Shown: piece by piece, positions 53,830-64,000 of the stretch
How the letters are laid out: each line of letters begins with the position of its first letter
How positions within the stretch are numbered: the first letter of the stretch is position 1
Assembly: GCA_037917685.1 (NCBI GenBank)
Contig: JAVCBU010000012.1
Span: 192,001-256,000 of the forward strand
Direction: 5' to 3'
DNA length: 64,000 nt
Source: Thermoproteota archaeon
GTDB taxonomy: Archaea > Korarchaeota > Korarchaeia > Korarchaeales > JAOZGB01
Notes under the pieces: generated by a model
Database searches by the model: none
What the model was told of the DNA's origin: nothing
The model's input: only the letters and a program-made list of their open reading frames with translations
Program-made: the position numbers and the translations under genes

Positions 53830-55728
53830 CTATTTTTTCCTTATCAGAATTACAGCTGCTGCTATAAGTGAAATCGCTGCTATCGCAATTGCTGAGATTA
53901 TTAATATTTTAACAGCTACGCTAGATGCTCTTACTATTAGGGTGATTGATTCACCGGGTTTTAAGGGAGGTATGCTCCACTGTACAGTGTTTCCTGTCGA
54001 AATTGCCATGGGATATGAAGAACTATATGAATAACCTGATGGCAATGTTACGGTGTAGGTGAAAGATTCAGATGTAGCATTTCCACTATTTGTAAGTGTT
54101 ACCACTTTCGTCCAGGAAAATGCATCCCGTGATTCGTACCCGTCCTCGGTTATCAGCGGCAACATTTCAATCTTATTCTCAGGAGACTCTGCAATAACTG
54201 AACCCTGATATAGTACTTTAGCAGGTGGTATTATTATTGTCCCTCTGAAGTTCTCTAATATTTTGAAAGTACAGGTTAAGGTTGAAGTTTCCCCGGGAGT
54301 AAGAGTTACATCCCAGCTGATAGTTTCATCTACGATTCTTCCCTCGGGATAGGTTAGCGGTGTTAGACCTTGTGGAACAAATTGTTCCACCGTTACGTCT
54401 ACTGAGACCCCAGATGTAACTTCAATGTTAAGAAGTAGGCTCCCATCTATGATGCTTGCTTCCCTTGAAACATCGACTTCAACGGAGCCCGAAGGTTCGC
54501 CTCCACCAGTTTGTGTCTGAGGCTTAATCTCTATAGTTAGTTCTGAAGTCCACATATATATTTGATATCCCGTAATTCTTGCTTTTACAGTATAAGTTCC
54601 TGTAGCGTCAGCGGGCACATTAACAGGGAATTCAACCGTTGCGGTAGTATATGGTGGTAACATCCCTATCGATTTTTGTTTCCCATCTTCAAACCATTCT
54701 TCAGGGATGTCTGTTTCTAATGTGATCCATATGGATCTTGCTATGGCGTTTCCACTATTAAACAGGCTTACTGTAATTTCAAACTCGCTTCCGGCGTCTA
54801 CGCTTGACGGCCCTGTCATCTCAGCAGATAAAATAGGTTTGTATTCTGCAACAGTGAAATAATCTGTCTTAGACATGTTTACCTTACCTATAGCATTTAC
54901 CTCAAGTTTATAGACTCCGGCTTTGGCATCTACAGGGATATGGTATTCAAACTCCCTCTCGTCTATACCTGGGACGGAAAGCGTTGATGTGTAGGATTTG
55001 CTGTAGACTTCTACTCCCGAAGGGTCAGTGAACGTAATTTGAACTGTGAATGAATAGGTTCCATAGTTAGGCTCGCAAGGGCATATAGGACAACAGCAAT
55101 CACATGGCCAACAATCACATGGCCAGCATGGAGGGCAGGGATAGCAGGGCCAGCATGGAGGGCAGGGCTCAATTTCAGGCATTGAAGATGAGAGTTTGAC
55201 CTTATATTCAAGATAGCTTCCACCCATTAGCTGGTCGTTTAATATAGATAGGGAGAGATTGAATTCTGGATAAGGATATACTTGTAGGCAGCCGCATCCA
55301 GTACCAACCAGGTTAGAGGGGCATGCGCATCCTTCCCATACTTCTACACATATTATATAACAATCTGGGTCTAAATTCGATACGTATCCTATCGGTACGT
55401 TACATATCGTTTCATCTGGGTCTAGTGGGCCGATAACCTTACTGTACTCGTATACAACGCAACACTCAGAGTTGATAAGCTTTGTTTTTACTAGTAAAAT
55501 ATCTGTCGGGTGTGTATCGTTCAGATTGTGAAAACAAGCGTAAATGATGGCGCATCCATCTGGTGGGATACAGTAGGGGGTAGCTATGACGTTGTAAACC
55601 TGCACCTTAACGTCTGGTGATTGAATTGTACTATTTGTTATCGCCATGAAAGAGGTTATCCCTAATAAGATGAGTATCGAAAGTTTCACCCTTTTAAGCC
55701 TGTACATCTTGGTCATCTTTTTATTCAA
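53830..55728 (-). CDS. Cell-surface protein with Cys-rich N-terminal region, Ig-like (CARDB/NEW3-like) domains and C-terminal TM anchor
   Basis: Signal peptide, about 25 Cys in the first ~220 aa, N.GNA.A / L.PGE..T Ig motifs, terminal TM followed by RKK. Confidence 0.8.
   Translation of the reverse strand: MNKKMTKMYRLKRVKLSILILLGITSFMAITNSTIQSPDVKVQVYNVIATPYCIPPDGCAIIYACFHNLNDTHPTDILLVKTKLINSECCVVYEYSKVIGPLDPDETICNVPIGYVSNLDPDCYIICVEVWEGCACPSNLVGTGCGCLQVYPYPEFNLSLSILNDQLMGGSYLEYKVKLSSSMPEIEPCPPCWPCYPCPPCWPCDCWPCDCCCPICPCEPNYGTYSFTVQITFTDPSGVEVYSKSYTSTLSVPGIDEREFEYHIPVDAKAGVYKLEVNAIGKVNMSKTDYFTVAEYKPILSAEMTGPSSVDAGSEFEITVSLFNSGNAIARSIWITLETDIPEEWFEDGKQKSIGMLPPYTTATVEFPVNVPADATGTYTVKARITGYQIYMWTSELTIEIKPQTQTGGGEPSGSVEVDVSREASIIDGSLLLNIEVTSGVSVDVTVEQFVPQGLTPLTYPEGRIVDETISWDVTLTPGETSTLTCTFKILENFRGTIIIPPAKVLYQGSVIAESPENKIEMLPLITEDGYESRDAFSWTKVVTLTNSGNATSESFTYTVTLPSGYSYSSSYPMAISTGNTVQWSIPPLKPGESITLIVRASSVAVKILIISAIAIAAISLIAAAVILIRKK
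55097..55167 (-). repeat. Nested coding tandem repeats (15-bp and 27-bp periods) encoding Cys-Pro-Trp motifs
   Basis: caatcacatggcca at 55097 and 55112; ggccagcatggagggcaggg at 55121 and 55148. Confidence 0.9.
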
Positions 55729-55774
55729 ATCATAGGAATAAAAAGTTTTGTTGATTTAAAATAGGGGAATAACA

Positions 55775-56350
55775 ATGGAGTGCCGATATAGGTATATTGG
55801 ATTAATAGGGATGCCAGGCTCCGGGAAGGATAAGTGCGCTACTTACATCTCTGACAAGTATAAAATGGTTGTTGTAAGACTTAGTGACGTTGTAGTGCAA
55901 GAGGCGTATAGAATGGGTTATAAGAAGATTACGAGAGAAACACTAAGACGTGTCGGGACATATATAAGAAAACAGTATGGAGATGAAGCTGTTATGCGAA
56001 TGGCTGCTGAGAGGGGAGAGCGTCTGATGGCTTCAAAGGGGTATTCAGGGGTTGTTTTTAATGGTTTGAGAACGATAGAAGAAGTCCTATTTTTTAAAGA
56101 AAGATATGGTGAAGAAGGCTGTGTTATAGGGGTTTTTGCCACTCTCAAAACTAGATATAATAGAGTAAAAGAAAGAGGAAGGTATGGTTTCGATATAAAG
56201 GACTATCAAACTTTCCTAGATGAAGACATGAGGGAATTAGTGTTATTTTGTATTGGTAATGCTATGATGTTAGCTGACTTTGTCATCGTGAATGAAGGTT
56301 CCCTCGAAGAGCTATATAATAATTTGAAGGTTTTATTAGAGGACGGATGA
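55775..56350 (+). CDS. UPF0200 P-loop kinase (dephospho-CoA kinase-like)
   Basis: G.PGSGK, LSD.V, GLRT..E, R..RV..RGR, AD..I.NEG. Confidence 0.85.
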   Translation: MECRYRYIGLIGMPGSGKDKCATYISDKYKMVVVRLSDVVVQEAYRMGYKKITRETLRRVGTYIRKQYGDEAVMRMAAERGERLMASKGYSGVVFNGLRTIEEVLFFKERYGEEGCVIGVFATLKTRYNRVKERGRYGFDIKDYQTFLDEDMRELVLFCIGNAMMLADFVIVNEGSLEELYNNLKVLLEDG

Positions 56351-57247
56351 CAGGGCTTTTGATATTTCATTCGTTACCGTCACTCTGGCCTTCTCCCATG
56401 ACAGCGTGTCTGTAGCTATTGCTTCGGAAACTCCTGCTTTCATGAGCTTTTCTAGCGCACCAGGTGCTAGTACTGGGTGAACAAAACATGAGATAACCCT
56501 CTTAGCCCCCCGCCTTAGGGCTTCGGACACTGCATTAGCCATGGTTCCTCCCGTGGATACAATGTCGTCAACCACTATGACCTCTCGATCTTTAACATCC
56601 AGTTCTCCAACATAAGTTTTTATCTCTCCGGTTTCTAAATCTCTCTCCTTCTTCAGAGCGGTATAGTCTGGGATCCCTGCTGTCCTAGCGAATTCTTCAG
56701 CCCATATTTTTGCCTCCTCATCAGGAGCGATTACGACTGGCTTATAAAGCTTATAGTTATCTTTAACGTATTTTGCGAGAGGTATAAAGCCTGAGACATT
56801 TATGCCAAGAGCTTTTGTGAAGAAGTCGGACATCTTCCTCATTCTGTGGAAATGCGTAGAAACTGTTACTATTACGTCCACTCCGGCCCATTCCATCGTC
56901 TCAGCGATGTATTTAGCACTTTTTGGTTCGCCAAGCCTGAATGCTGTGTCTTGCCTTGCATAGACGAAGTAAGGCGTGATAAGTATTATTTTCTGAGGAT
57001 TGATCTCTTTGAGATTTAAAAGCGTAAGTAGGATCTCTGTTAAATAATCATTGGGCCTACATGAGCCAGCTTTCATCCTGTGAGCAAAAATTACAGTTTC
57101 TCCCTTTATATCGTTAATGTCACTTATGAGTATGCGAGGGCAAACCTCACCGTCCGGGAATCTTCTAACTTCAAGTGGGATAAATTTTGCGTTTAAAAGG
57201 TTGGCCAGCTCCCTATTAAAGTCGTCATCCACGCCCACTATTATCAT
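56336..57247 (-). CDS. prs: Ribose-phosphate pyrophosphokinase
   Basis: FPDGE, PYF.YARQD..F..GE, APD, K.R, VDDIVSTGGT, ATDT. Confidence 0.95.
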   Translation of the reverse strand: MIIVGVDDDFNRELANLLNAKFIPLEVRRFPDGEVCPRILISDINDIKGETVIFAHRMKAGSCRPNDYLTEILLTLLNLKEINPQKIILITPYFVYARQDTAFRLGEPKSAKYIAETMEWAGVDVIVTVSTHFHRMRKMSDFFTKALGINVSGFIPLAKYVKDNYKLYKPVVIAPDEEAKIWAEEFARTAGIPDYTALKKERDLETGEIKTYVGELDVKDREVIVVDDIVSTGGTMANAVSEALRRGAKRVISCFVHPVLAPGALEKLMKAGVSEAIATDTLSWEKARVTVTNEISKALSSVL

Positions 57248-57370
57248 GCTACCACGAAAATCAAAACCCGGAAGAGCTTAAATAATTATACCGGTACAAC
57301 TACATGTTTGTGCAGGTTGTTGCTAATTTTAAATTGAAGCACTGTGGAATAAGCTGGTAGGTGCTGTGAC

Positions 57371-60328
57371 TTGGGTGTAAAGAGACTTCAGGGAAGCTAT
57401 GACCCGCTTAAGTTCGAAAGGGAGATACTTAACTGGTGGGATCAAAACAAAATCTATGATAAGATTAGGGCAAGCCTTAAAGGAAATGAAAAATACTATT
57501 TCTTAGATGGTCCTCCATATCCTTCAAGCAAGGAGATACACCCTGGTACATGTTGGAATAAGATACTAAAAGATGCAGTAGTAAGGTATAAGAGAGCTAG
57601 GGGATTTAACGTCAGAGACCAACCCGGATACGATTGCCATGGACTTCCAATCGAAGTTATTGTTGAAAAGGAGCTTAAATTCAAAACAAAATCTGAAATT
57701 GAAACTTATGGAGTAGACAAATTTGTTAATAAATGCTATGAGAAGGCCACAGAGAACCTCACGAGTATAACCGAGCAGTTTAAGGACCTAGGAATTTCTA
57801 TGGACTGGGATAGTCCATACCTTACCTACACGGATGAATATATTGAAAGTTTATGGTTTGGGTTAAAGGAAATATGGAGAAAGGGACTTCTTGAAAGAGG
57901 TTTAAAGGTTGTACATTGGTGTCCCCGCTGCGAAACAACACTTGCAGACTATGAGGTTTCAGAGTATAGACAAATCACGGATCCATCAATATTTGTTAAG
58001 TTTCCGATAGAGGGTAGAGAGAATTCGTATATAGTAATATGGACCACTACCCCGTGGACTCTCCCTGCAAATGTCGCAGTGATGGTACACCCTGACTACG
58101 ACTATATTGAAGCCACAAATGGAGAAGAGAATTACATAATTGCAGAGGGAAGACTTAGTGAGATCGAAGAAGAAACAGGTGTGCCATTAAAAGTCCTCAG
58201 GAGATTTAAAGGCTATGAACTTGAGGGCTTAAGATATAGATCTCCTCTCTATGATGAGGTTGAAGCCCAAAAGAAGCTCAAAAACGCTAGAATAGTCATT
58301 CTCTCCGACAAGTATGTTACCCTTGAGGAAGGCACAGGCTGTGTACACGTTGCACCTGGCCATGGTAAAGAAGATTATGAAGTTGGACATGAAGAGTATG
58401 GTTTACCAATCTTGATGTTCGTAGACGAGAAGGGAATTTTCAAAGAGGAAGCTGGGAAATACGCTGGAAGACATATTAAAGACGCAAACCAGATGATAAT
58501 AGAAGACCTGGAATCTAAAGGGATGCTCCTTAAGGCAGGTGTAATTACACACAAGTATCCGGTTTGCTGGAGATGTAAGACTCCACTAATCAATAGAGCA
58601 ACTGTCCAATGGTATGTTAAGGTTAGAAAGTTTAAAGAAAAGCTCATAGAGGAGGCGATGAAGGTTAAGTGGATACCAAAGTGGGGGGGAGAAGAGAGGT
58701 TTAGAAACTGGCTTGAAGATGTTAGAGACTGGGTGGTTAGTAGGCAGAGATATTGGGGCACCCCACTACCAATATGGATATGTGATTCTTGCGGGAAAGT
58801 ACATGTTGTAGGAAGCAAAAGAGAACTTGAGAATCTCTCAGGATTTAAGGTCAATAATCTTCACAGGCCATTGGTTGACAATGTTAGCTGGAAGTGCACC
58901 TGTGGTGGAAACATGAAACGTGTTAGAGATATCGTAGACGTCTGGTATGATTCTGGAATGGCTCACATTTCAAGCTTAGGCTATCCTATGAAGAAGGAAG
59001 AATTTAAGGATTGGTGGCCAGTTGATTTCATAACTGAGGGTCATGACCAAGTTGCAGGCTGGTTCTTCTCACTTCTTAGAACAGGTGTTCTCCTATTCGG
59101 CAAGGTCCCATATAAAACTGTACTTATGCACGGTTTTATGCTTGATGAAAAAGGTAGAGAAATGCATAAATCATTAGGAAACTATGTTTCCTCCTCTGTT
59201 ATTGTAGATAGGTACGGGAGAGATCCCTTCAGAATTTTCGTCCTATCAGCAACGCCATGGCATGATCTGAAATTCTCATTTAAGGGGTTAAAACTTGTAA
59301 GAGGAAAATTAAATATTGTATGGAATGTTTACGCCTTTGCTTCAACGTATATGGAGGGAATAGATCCCTTCTCGATTCAAATTGAGGATATAGAGATGGA
59401 ACCTGAAGATATATGGTTGATCTCTAAACTTCAGACATTAATACATGACGTAACAGGTTTTATGGAGGAATTTAGCCTTCATAAGGCAGTGCAGAATATA
59501 TTAGACTTTATAATTGAAGATGTAAGCCATTTCTACATAAGAGTTATTAGACGAAGACTTTGGGGAGGGAAGAACCAAGATGGGTGCAGATATACACTTC
59601 TATATGTTCTTGGGAAGATGCTACCTCTAATTGCTCCGTTTGCACCATTTATAGCTGAAAAAATATATCAGGAGTCATGGACGGAGGTCTATAAATTGGA
59701 AAGCGTCCACATGATTAGGTGGCCTAAGCCGGAGGAAAAACTAAGAAATCCGAAAGTTGAGGCTGAATTTGAAATTGTTAGAAAGGTGGTTGATCGAATT
59801 ATGTCTTTAAGATCGACATCAGGACTAAAACTTAGACAGCCGATAAGGTCTGTTCTCATAATCCCGAGTAGGAGTGAATATGCTGACACGATTAGAAAAT
59901 ATGGTGAAATAATAGCTTACTTAGCAAACGCCCTTAATATAGAATTAGGCGACAAACCGCCAGGAGAAGGATGGAAAGGAGATGAAACAGAATATGGAAA
60001 GGTCTACATAAATCTTAGAGTAGATGAAAAGTTAAGGGCGATGGGATTTACAGGAGATGTCAGGAGAAGGATACAATCCATGAGAAGACAACTAGGTTTA
60101 ACTAGAGGGAAAGAGTGGATCAAACTCTATGTTACAGGTGACGCAAAAGCTTTAGGGTTAATCAAAGAATTCAAGGAAAAATTAGCCGCAGAGGTACATG
60201 CCACCCAGGTTGTTATCGGAGTAGAACCTCCTGATAGGGAAAAATGCCTAACTAAAGAATTCGATATTAATGGATTAAGGGTTAACATTTTCATAAGAAT
60301 AGTAGATAGTCTTGAGGGTTCACAGTGA
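57371..60328 (+). CDS. ileS: Isoleucyl-tRNA synthetase
   Basis: DGPPY, GYDCHGLPIE, WTTTPWTLP.N, GTG.VH.APGHG..DY, SRQRYWG.P, EMHKSLGN. Confidence 0.97.
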   Translation: MGVKRLQGSYDPLKFEREILNWWDQNKIYDKIRASLKGNEKYYFLDGPPYPSSKEIHPGTCWNKILKDAVVRYKRARGFNVRDQPGYDCHGLPIEVIVEKELKFKTKSEIETYGVDKFVNKCYEKATENLTSITEQFKDLGISMDWDSPYLTYTDEYIESLWFGLKEIWRKGLLERGLKVVHWCPRCETTLADYEVSEYRQITDPSIFVKFPIEGRENSYIVIWTTTPWTLPANVAVMVHPDYDYIEATNGEENYIIAEGRLSEIEEETGVPLKVLRRFKGYELEGLRYRSPLYDEVEAQKKLKNARIVILSDKYVTLEEGTGCVHVAPGHGKEDYEVGHEEYGLPILMFVDEKGIFKEEAGKYAGRHIKDANQMIIEDLESKGMLLKAGVITHKYPVCWRCKTPLINRATVQWYVKVRKFKEKLIEEAMKVKWIPKWGGEERFRNWLEDVRDWVVSRQRYWGTPLPIWICDSCGKVHVVGSKRELENLSGFKVNNLHRPLVDNVSWKCTCGGNMKRVRDIVDVWYDSGMAHISSLGYPMKKEEFKDWWPVDFITEGHDQVAGWFFSLLRTGVLLFGKVPYKTVLMHGFMLDEKGREMHKSLGNYVSSSVIVDRYGRDPFRIFVLSATPWHDLKFSFKGLKLVRGKLNIVWNVYAFASTYMEGIDPFSIQIEDIEMEPEDIWLISKLQTLIHDVTGFMEEFSLHKAVQNILDFIIEDVSHFYIRVIRRRLWGGKNQDGCRYTLLYVLGKMLPLIAPFAPFIAEKIYQESWTEVYKLESVHMIRWPKPEEKLRNPKVEAEFEIVRKVVDRIMSLRSTSGLKLRQPIRSVLIIPSRSEYADTIRKYGEIIAYLANALNIELGDKPPGEGWKGDETEYGKVYINLRVDEKLRAMGFTGDVRRRIQSMRRQLGLTRGKEWIKLYVTGDAKALGLIKEFKEKLAAEVHATQVVIGVEPPDREKCLTKEFDINGLRVNIFIRIVDSLEGSQ

Positions 60329-60932
60329 AACATTAAAATTTCTTAGGAGTGTTTTATACAAGACTTCATTGGTTAGACGAACGGTTGCTGGAGTAGATTT
60401 AGCAGGAACCGAGAAAAACCCTACAGGAGTTTGTATTCTGGATGGTATGTATCATAGGTCAATGATCGCCTATCGGGATAGTGAGATTCTTGAAAAAATA
60501 ATTTCCGCATGTCCTGAGATTATAGCGATAGATGCTCCCCTCACAATGCCAGTTCAGGGATATGAAAGGAATGTTGAAAGAATTATGCGAAGTATGGGAT
60601 ACAGATTGTTTCCCCCTCTCTTGGGGGGAATGAAGAAGCTAACAATTAGGGGTGTGAGATTAAATAGTGAGCTGAAGAGGAGAGGTTTCAGGACAATTGA
60701 GGTTCATCCTTTAACATCGAGAAAAATACTAGGAATACCAGAGAGAGATCTAAGCGCTATTAGGAGGTTTTTCCTCTCAATTGGGGTTAGAGGAGACGTT
60801 GAGGTTAAGAATCTTTCTATACATGAGATAGACGCATTAACAGCAGCTGTTGTTGCCTTGTTGCACCTTGAGGGGTTAACAACAGTAGTAGGGGACGAAG
60901 AGGGCTATATTGTTTGTCCGAGGCTCTTATGA
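60312..60932 (+). CDS. DUF429 family protein (RNase H-like fold)
   Basis: GVDLAG....TG, IAIDAPL, R..ER, IEVHP, HE.DA..AA. Confidence 0.85.
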   Translation: MRVHSETLKFLRSVLYKTSLVRRTVAGVDLAGTEKNPTGVCILDGMYHRSMIAYRDSEILEKIISACPEIIAIDAPLTMPVQGYERNVERIMRSMGYRLFPPLLGGMKKLTIRGVRLNSELKRRGFRTIEVHPLTSRKILGIPERDLSAIRRFFLSIGVRGDVEVKNLSIHEIDALTAAVVALLHLEGLTTVVGDEEGYIVCPRLL

Positions 60933-61594
60933 AAGAGATCGATTATGTTTTTTATTTCTTCAAATATTTTTTCAGGAGCCTGGGATGCATCAACAATCTT
61001 AACGATTCCTCTGTCTATGTAATGTTCTATTATAGGTTTAGTGTATTCCTCGTAAACCTCTATCCTTTTACATAAGATTTCTAATTTCTCATCGTCCATC
61101 CTCTTCTCAAGTTTCGAGCCACATTCGTCACATTTTAAATCCTCTTTTGGAGGGTTTGTTCTCAGATTGTATATGGCTCCGCAAACTGGGCAGATAAGCC
61201 TGTTTATGTTCCTCTCGATTATTTGGTTCTTATCTATATGTAGACTTATTACAAGTATTTTCCCTCCTAGCTCATCTATTATAGAGTCTAGAGCTTCTAC
61301 CTGGTTCATTGTTCTTGGGTACCCATCTAGAATGCATCCCTTTTGGCAGTCTTCAGATAACAGTCTTTCTTTTATTATTCGATTTACGATTTCATCGGGT
61401 ACGAGGCCTCCTAGCTCAATGCATTTTTTCACCATTTTAGAGAGTTCGCTATCCCCCTTGGCTATTTCCCTAAATATTCTTCCCGACTCTATGTGTGGTA
61501 TTCCATACCTTTTCGCTATTTTCTTTGCCTGGGTTCCTTTACCGGCACCTGGGGGGCCCAAGAGAATTATGTATAGTTTCTCCATTCCAGTCAC
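60905..61594 (-). CDS. adk: Adenylate kinase, long Zn-LID type
   Basis: GPPGAGKGTQA, LVPD, LDGYPRT..Q, CPVCG.IYN...PP....CDECG. Confidence 0.95.
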   Translation of the reverse strand: MTGMEKLYIILLGPPGAGKGTQAKKIAKRYGIPHIESGRIFREIAKGDSELSKMVKKCIELGGLVPDEIVNRIIKERLLSEDCQKGCILDGYPRTMNQVEALDSIIDELGGKILVISLHIDKNQIIERNINRLICPVCGAIYNLRTNPPKEDLKCDECGSKLEKRMDDEKLEILCKRIEVYEEYTKPIIEHYIDRGIVKIVDASQAPEKIFEEIKNIIDLFHKSLGQTI

Positions 61595-61633
61595 TCCGCC
61601 GTGTGATGCAACCTCTAATCATTAATAAGATTT

Positions 61634-62029
61634 TTGTGGGTTTCTATCATTGTGAAGGTTTCCGATGTTATGACCAGGGAAGTACTGACAGTTGAGGTGG
61701 GAACCCCTGTCACAGAGGCTGTAAGACTTATGGCTGAGCATGGTGTTAACAGCATTCCGGTTGTTAGAAATGGGTTTTACGAGGGAATAGTTAAGGTTGA
61801 AGACATTCTAAGCCTTGCTGTTAGTAAGGACGTTAATATTTCTGAATTAAAGGTTGAAGATGTAATGACTCCCTACCCTGTCTTTGTATCACCTAGCACG
61901 GACTTGACAGAGGCGGCAAGGATCATGGTTGAGAAAAAAGTTGGGCATTTACTTGTAGTTGATGGAAGGAAGGTGGTAGGCATTATATCTGACTTTGATG
62001 TAATCGAGACTTTCTCTGAAGTGTCATAG
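61634..62029 (+). CDS. CBS domain pair protein
   Basis: VSDVMT..V, IPVV, V.DVMT, GIIS..D. Confidence 0.92.
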   Translation: MWVSIIVKVSDVMTREVLTVEVGTPVTEAVRLMAEHGVNSIPVVRNGFYEGIVKVEDILSLAVSKDVNISELKVEDVMTPYPVFVSPSTDLTEAARIMVEKKVGHLLVVDGRKVVGIISDFDVIETFSEVS

Positions 62030-62515
62030 AACAACAATGGCGTATTTTAGATTTCTTCCTTCAAAAATGCTTATCATCCTTTGTATAGCATCATCCAGAT
62101 TGTAGATTCTATATAGATGAGAGTAGCAGCCCGCCTTACAGTCTGTAGCACCGAAGCCCTTAATTGTAGGTTTACATCCTGTGGATTCTAATAGTTTGGA
62201 TAACTCGTGTTCCATCTTCTCATCATAAATAACGATTGCTTTAACTGGGGTTACGTTTCTATTTAATGTTAGATAATCTATATGCCATCTGGTTTTCTTT
62301 CGCTTGCTTTTATGTCTGTTTAATCTCCCTTTAAGGTTTTGGGGGGGCTCCCCATGGGCTGAGCCTAAATATGCGTAGTAGCCTCTGCCTAGATGTTGTA
62401 AACCTAGACGCCCAACTCTGACCTTTAAATTCTCTTTAACATATAGTATTAGGATATAAGTTCCCTTAGCCTTCTCCGGGACGTCTGACAGAATTATATG
62501 GGAAAACTCCATCAC
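62024..62515 (-). CDS. DUF123 GIY-YIG-like nuclease
   Basis: KGTYIL, G.Y.Y.GSA, RL.RH, WHIDYL, GFGATDC...C.SHL. Confidence 0.9.
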   Translation of the reverse strand: MMEFSHIILSDVPEKAKGTYILILYVKENLKVRVGRLGLQHLGRGYYAYLGSAHGEPPQNLKGRLNRHKSKRKKTRWHIDYLTLNRNVTPVKAIVIYDEKMEHELSKLLESTGCKPTIKGFGATDCKAGCYSHLYRIYNLDDAIQRMISIFEGRNLKYAIVVL

Positions 62516-64000
62516 CTATACTTTTTAATAGCTTAGGTATTTCTTCTATTAAATCAGTGGCGGTTAGTTGGCTTCCTTTTTTCGTGTAAGCAATGTCACC
62601 AGCCGATCCATTTATAAATGCGGCTGCTACAGCAGCATCAAATGGAGAAGCCCCGTAGGCTTGAAATGCTGCTACAAGACCTGATAACACATCACCTGTC
62701 CCCCCGGAGGTCATCCCAGGATTTCCTGTTGAGTTTATCTTTGTGCTTCTTCCATCTGAGATGTAGTCATCGTAACCTTTGAGAAGTATTGTGCACCCAA
62801 GTTTAGAGGCTACCTCTTTAACTACTTTTATTCTTTCTTTTCTATTTCTTGGAGGTTTAAAGTTTGAAAGCACATGGAATTCCGCTTCGTGGGGTGTAAT
62901 CACGGTATTCCCCCCAACCGTCGGCTTATACTTTGCAACTGCTTTTATCGCATCCGCATCTATGGTTAGAGATTTTTTATTCTTTGAGAGGTGATTTATC
63001 ACCTCTGCTATAGCCTGCAACGTCTCATCTTCTAAGCCTAAGCCTGGACCTAAGAGTATTGAGTCCATTTTAGAAGCATACTCTAGGATTATAGAGACAT
63101 CGTCTAAGGAGAGGAAATTTCGTGAGCTGAGTGGGTTTACGATTAAAAGCGGCGAGTAAGATTTCACTATTGGTGCTACTTTTCTAGGTGTGAGAACTAA
63201 CACTATATCTACACCAGCACTTATTGCTGCTAAAGCAGAGAGGGCTGGAGCGCCAGAATAAAATAGGCTACCTCCAACTACAAGTACTCTTCCATAATCG
63301 CCTTTATGGCTCCATGGCTCTCTCCAAGGAAGTATTTTTGCAACGTCGCCTGGTCCTGCGAATATTTCAGCTTCGGGTGGTACTCCTATAGAAGCTATTA
63401 TTATTTTCCCGGTATATTCTCTGCTTTTTCCAAGACCAGGCTTCAACTTATGGAATGTTACTGTTATGTTAGCCTTTACTGCCACGCCTAGGGGTCGGCC
63501 CGTAAGGGGGTTTAAGCCTGTTGGTATGTCTACGGATACAACTACCTTCTTACTATTATTGATGATCTCTACTAATTCTTTATAAGGGTATCTTAGTTCT
63601 CTTGTTATACCTGTTCCTAGTAATGCATCAACTATTATGTCAGAGTTTTTAACTATTTCTTTAACCCTCTTGAGATCGTCTGGGGATTTTATATATATTG
63701 TTTCGATGCTTTCTCTCATATTTCTTATAATTTCCCAGTTTTCACGAGCTTCTTCTGTTTTTATTAGCTTGGGAGGTACGGCTAGCACAAGGCTAACTCG
63801 ATAACTCAATGATGCAAGGTGCCTTGCTGCTACCAATCCGTCTCCGCCATTGTTACCTGGCCCGGAGAGTATGCAGATTTGCTTATTTTTCTCAAAGTTT
63901 TCTGATATAACCCTGGCGACAGCACTACCTGCGTTTTCCATGAGGATCCTTACTGGTACACCTAGGAATGCCGAATTTAACTCGTAAGGATTCGCTTTGG
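62466..64000 (-). CDS. nnr: Bifunctional NAD(P)H-hydrate epimerase/dehydratase (start lies at or beyond window edge)
   Basis: LMENAG, G.GNNGGDG, DALLGTG, VDIPTG, HKG.YG, GPGLG, DADA, TPH.AEF, GGTGDVLSG. Frame is open to the window end. Confidence 0.95.
   Translation of the reverse strand, partial: KANPYELNSAFLGVPVRILMENAGSAVARVISENFEKNKQICILSGPGNNGGDGLVAARHLASLSYRVSLVLAVPPKLIKTEEARENWEIIRNMRESIETIYIKSPDDLKRVKEIVKNSDIIVDALLGTGITRELRYPYKELVEIINNSKKVVVSVDIPTGLNPLTGRPLGVAVKANITVTFHKLKPGLGKSREYTGKIIIASIGVPPEAEIFAGPGDVAKILPWREPWSHKGDYGRVLVVGGSLFYSGAPALSALAAISAGVDIVLVLTPRKVAPIVKSYSPLLIVNPLSSRNFLSLDDVSIILEYASKMDSILLGPGLGLEDETLQAIAEVINHLSKNKKSLTIDADAIKAVAKYKPTVGGNTVITPHEAEFHVLSNFKPPRNRKERIKVVKEVASKLGCTILLKGYDDYISDGRSTKINSTGNPGMTSGGTGDVLSGLVAAFQAYGASPFDAAVAAAFINGSAGDIAYTKKGSQLTATDLIEEIPKLLKSIGDGVFPYNSVRRPGEG

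Noticed and set aside
52189-60328. Non-canonical class I synthetase motifs (HIGW in TyrRS; HPGT and EMHKS in IleRS)
   Set aside because: Similar variants are usual in crenarchaeal-type enzymes; useful for taxonomy, not novel.
62024-62515. GIY-YIG protein as a homing endonuclease for the intein
   Set aside because: It has DUF123 housekeeping-type motifs, lies 27 kb away and is not in a mobile context.

Overview
Gene-dense archaeal chromosomal window, most likely from a thermophilic TACK/Thermoproteota-type lineage. The evidence is ribosomal protein S25e, TFB, XPB-Bax1, XPD, DUF1512, PAC2, archaemetzincin, a HIGW-type TyrRS, an EMHKS-type IleRS and two tungsten AOR paralogues. Most genes are housekeeping, and there is one intronless tRNA-Cys(GCA). 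No CRISPR array, rRNA or transposase was seen. All assignments are by-eye motif recognition; no searches were run. The most unusual items are: (1) a MinD/ParA (TadZ/CpaE-like) protein with a degenerate Walker A that is interrupted by a 156-aa mini-intein, in a compact locus with a small coiled-coil partner, a divergent HTH regulator, a leaderless pilin-like peptide and a type II glutaminyl-cyclase-like enzyme; (2) a divergent ScpA/kleisin-like gene head-to-head with a long coiled-coil protein lacking ATPase heads, which leads an operon containing a prepilin peptidase, a Pro-rich membrane protein and S25e; (3) a secreted gingipain (C25)-like protease with CWB2-like repeats and an S-layer-type C-terminus; (4) a surface protein with a 13-Cys/30-aa Cys-Pro-Trp repeat insert; (5) a decaying accessory region between the two AOR genes, containing HEPN-MNT and several pseudogenes; (6) an unannotated 4-Cys microprotein and an internally deleted PiT transporter.
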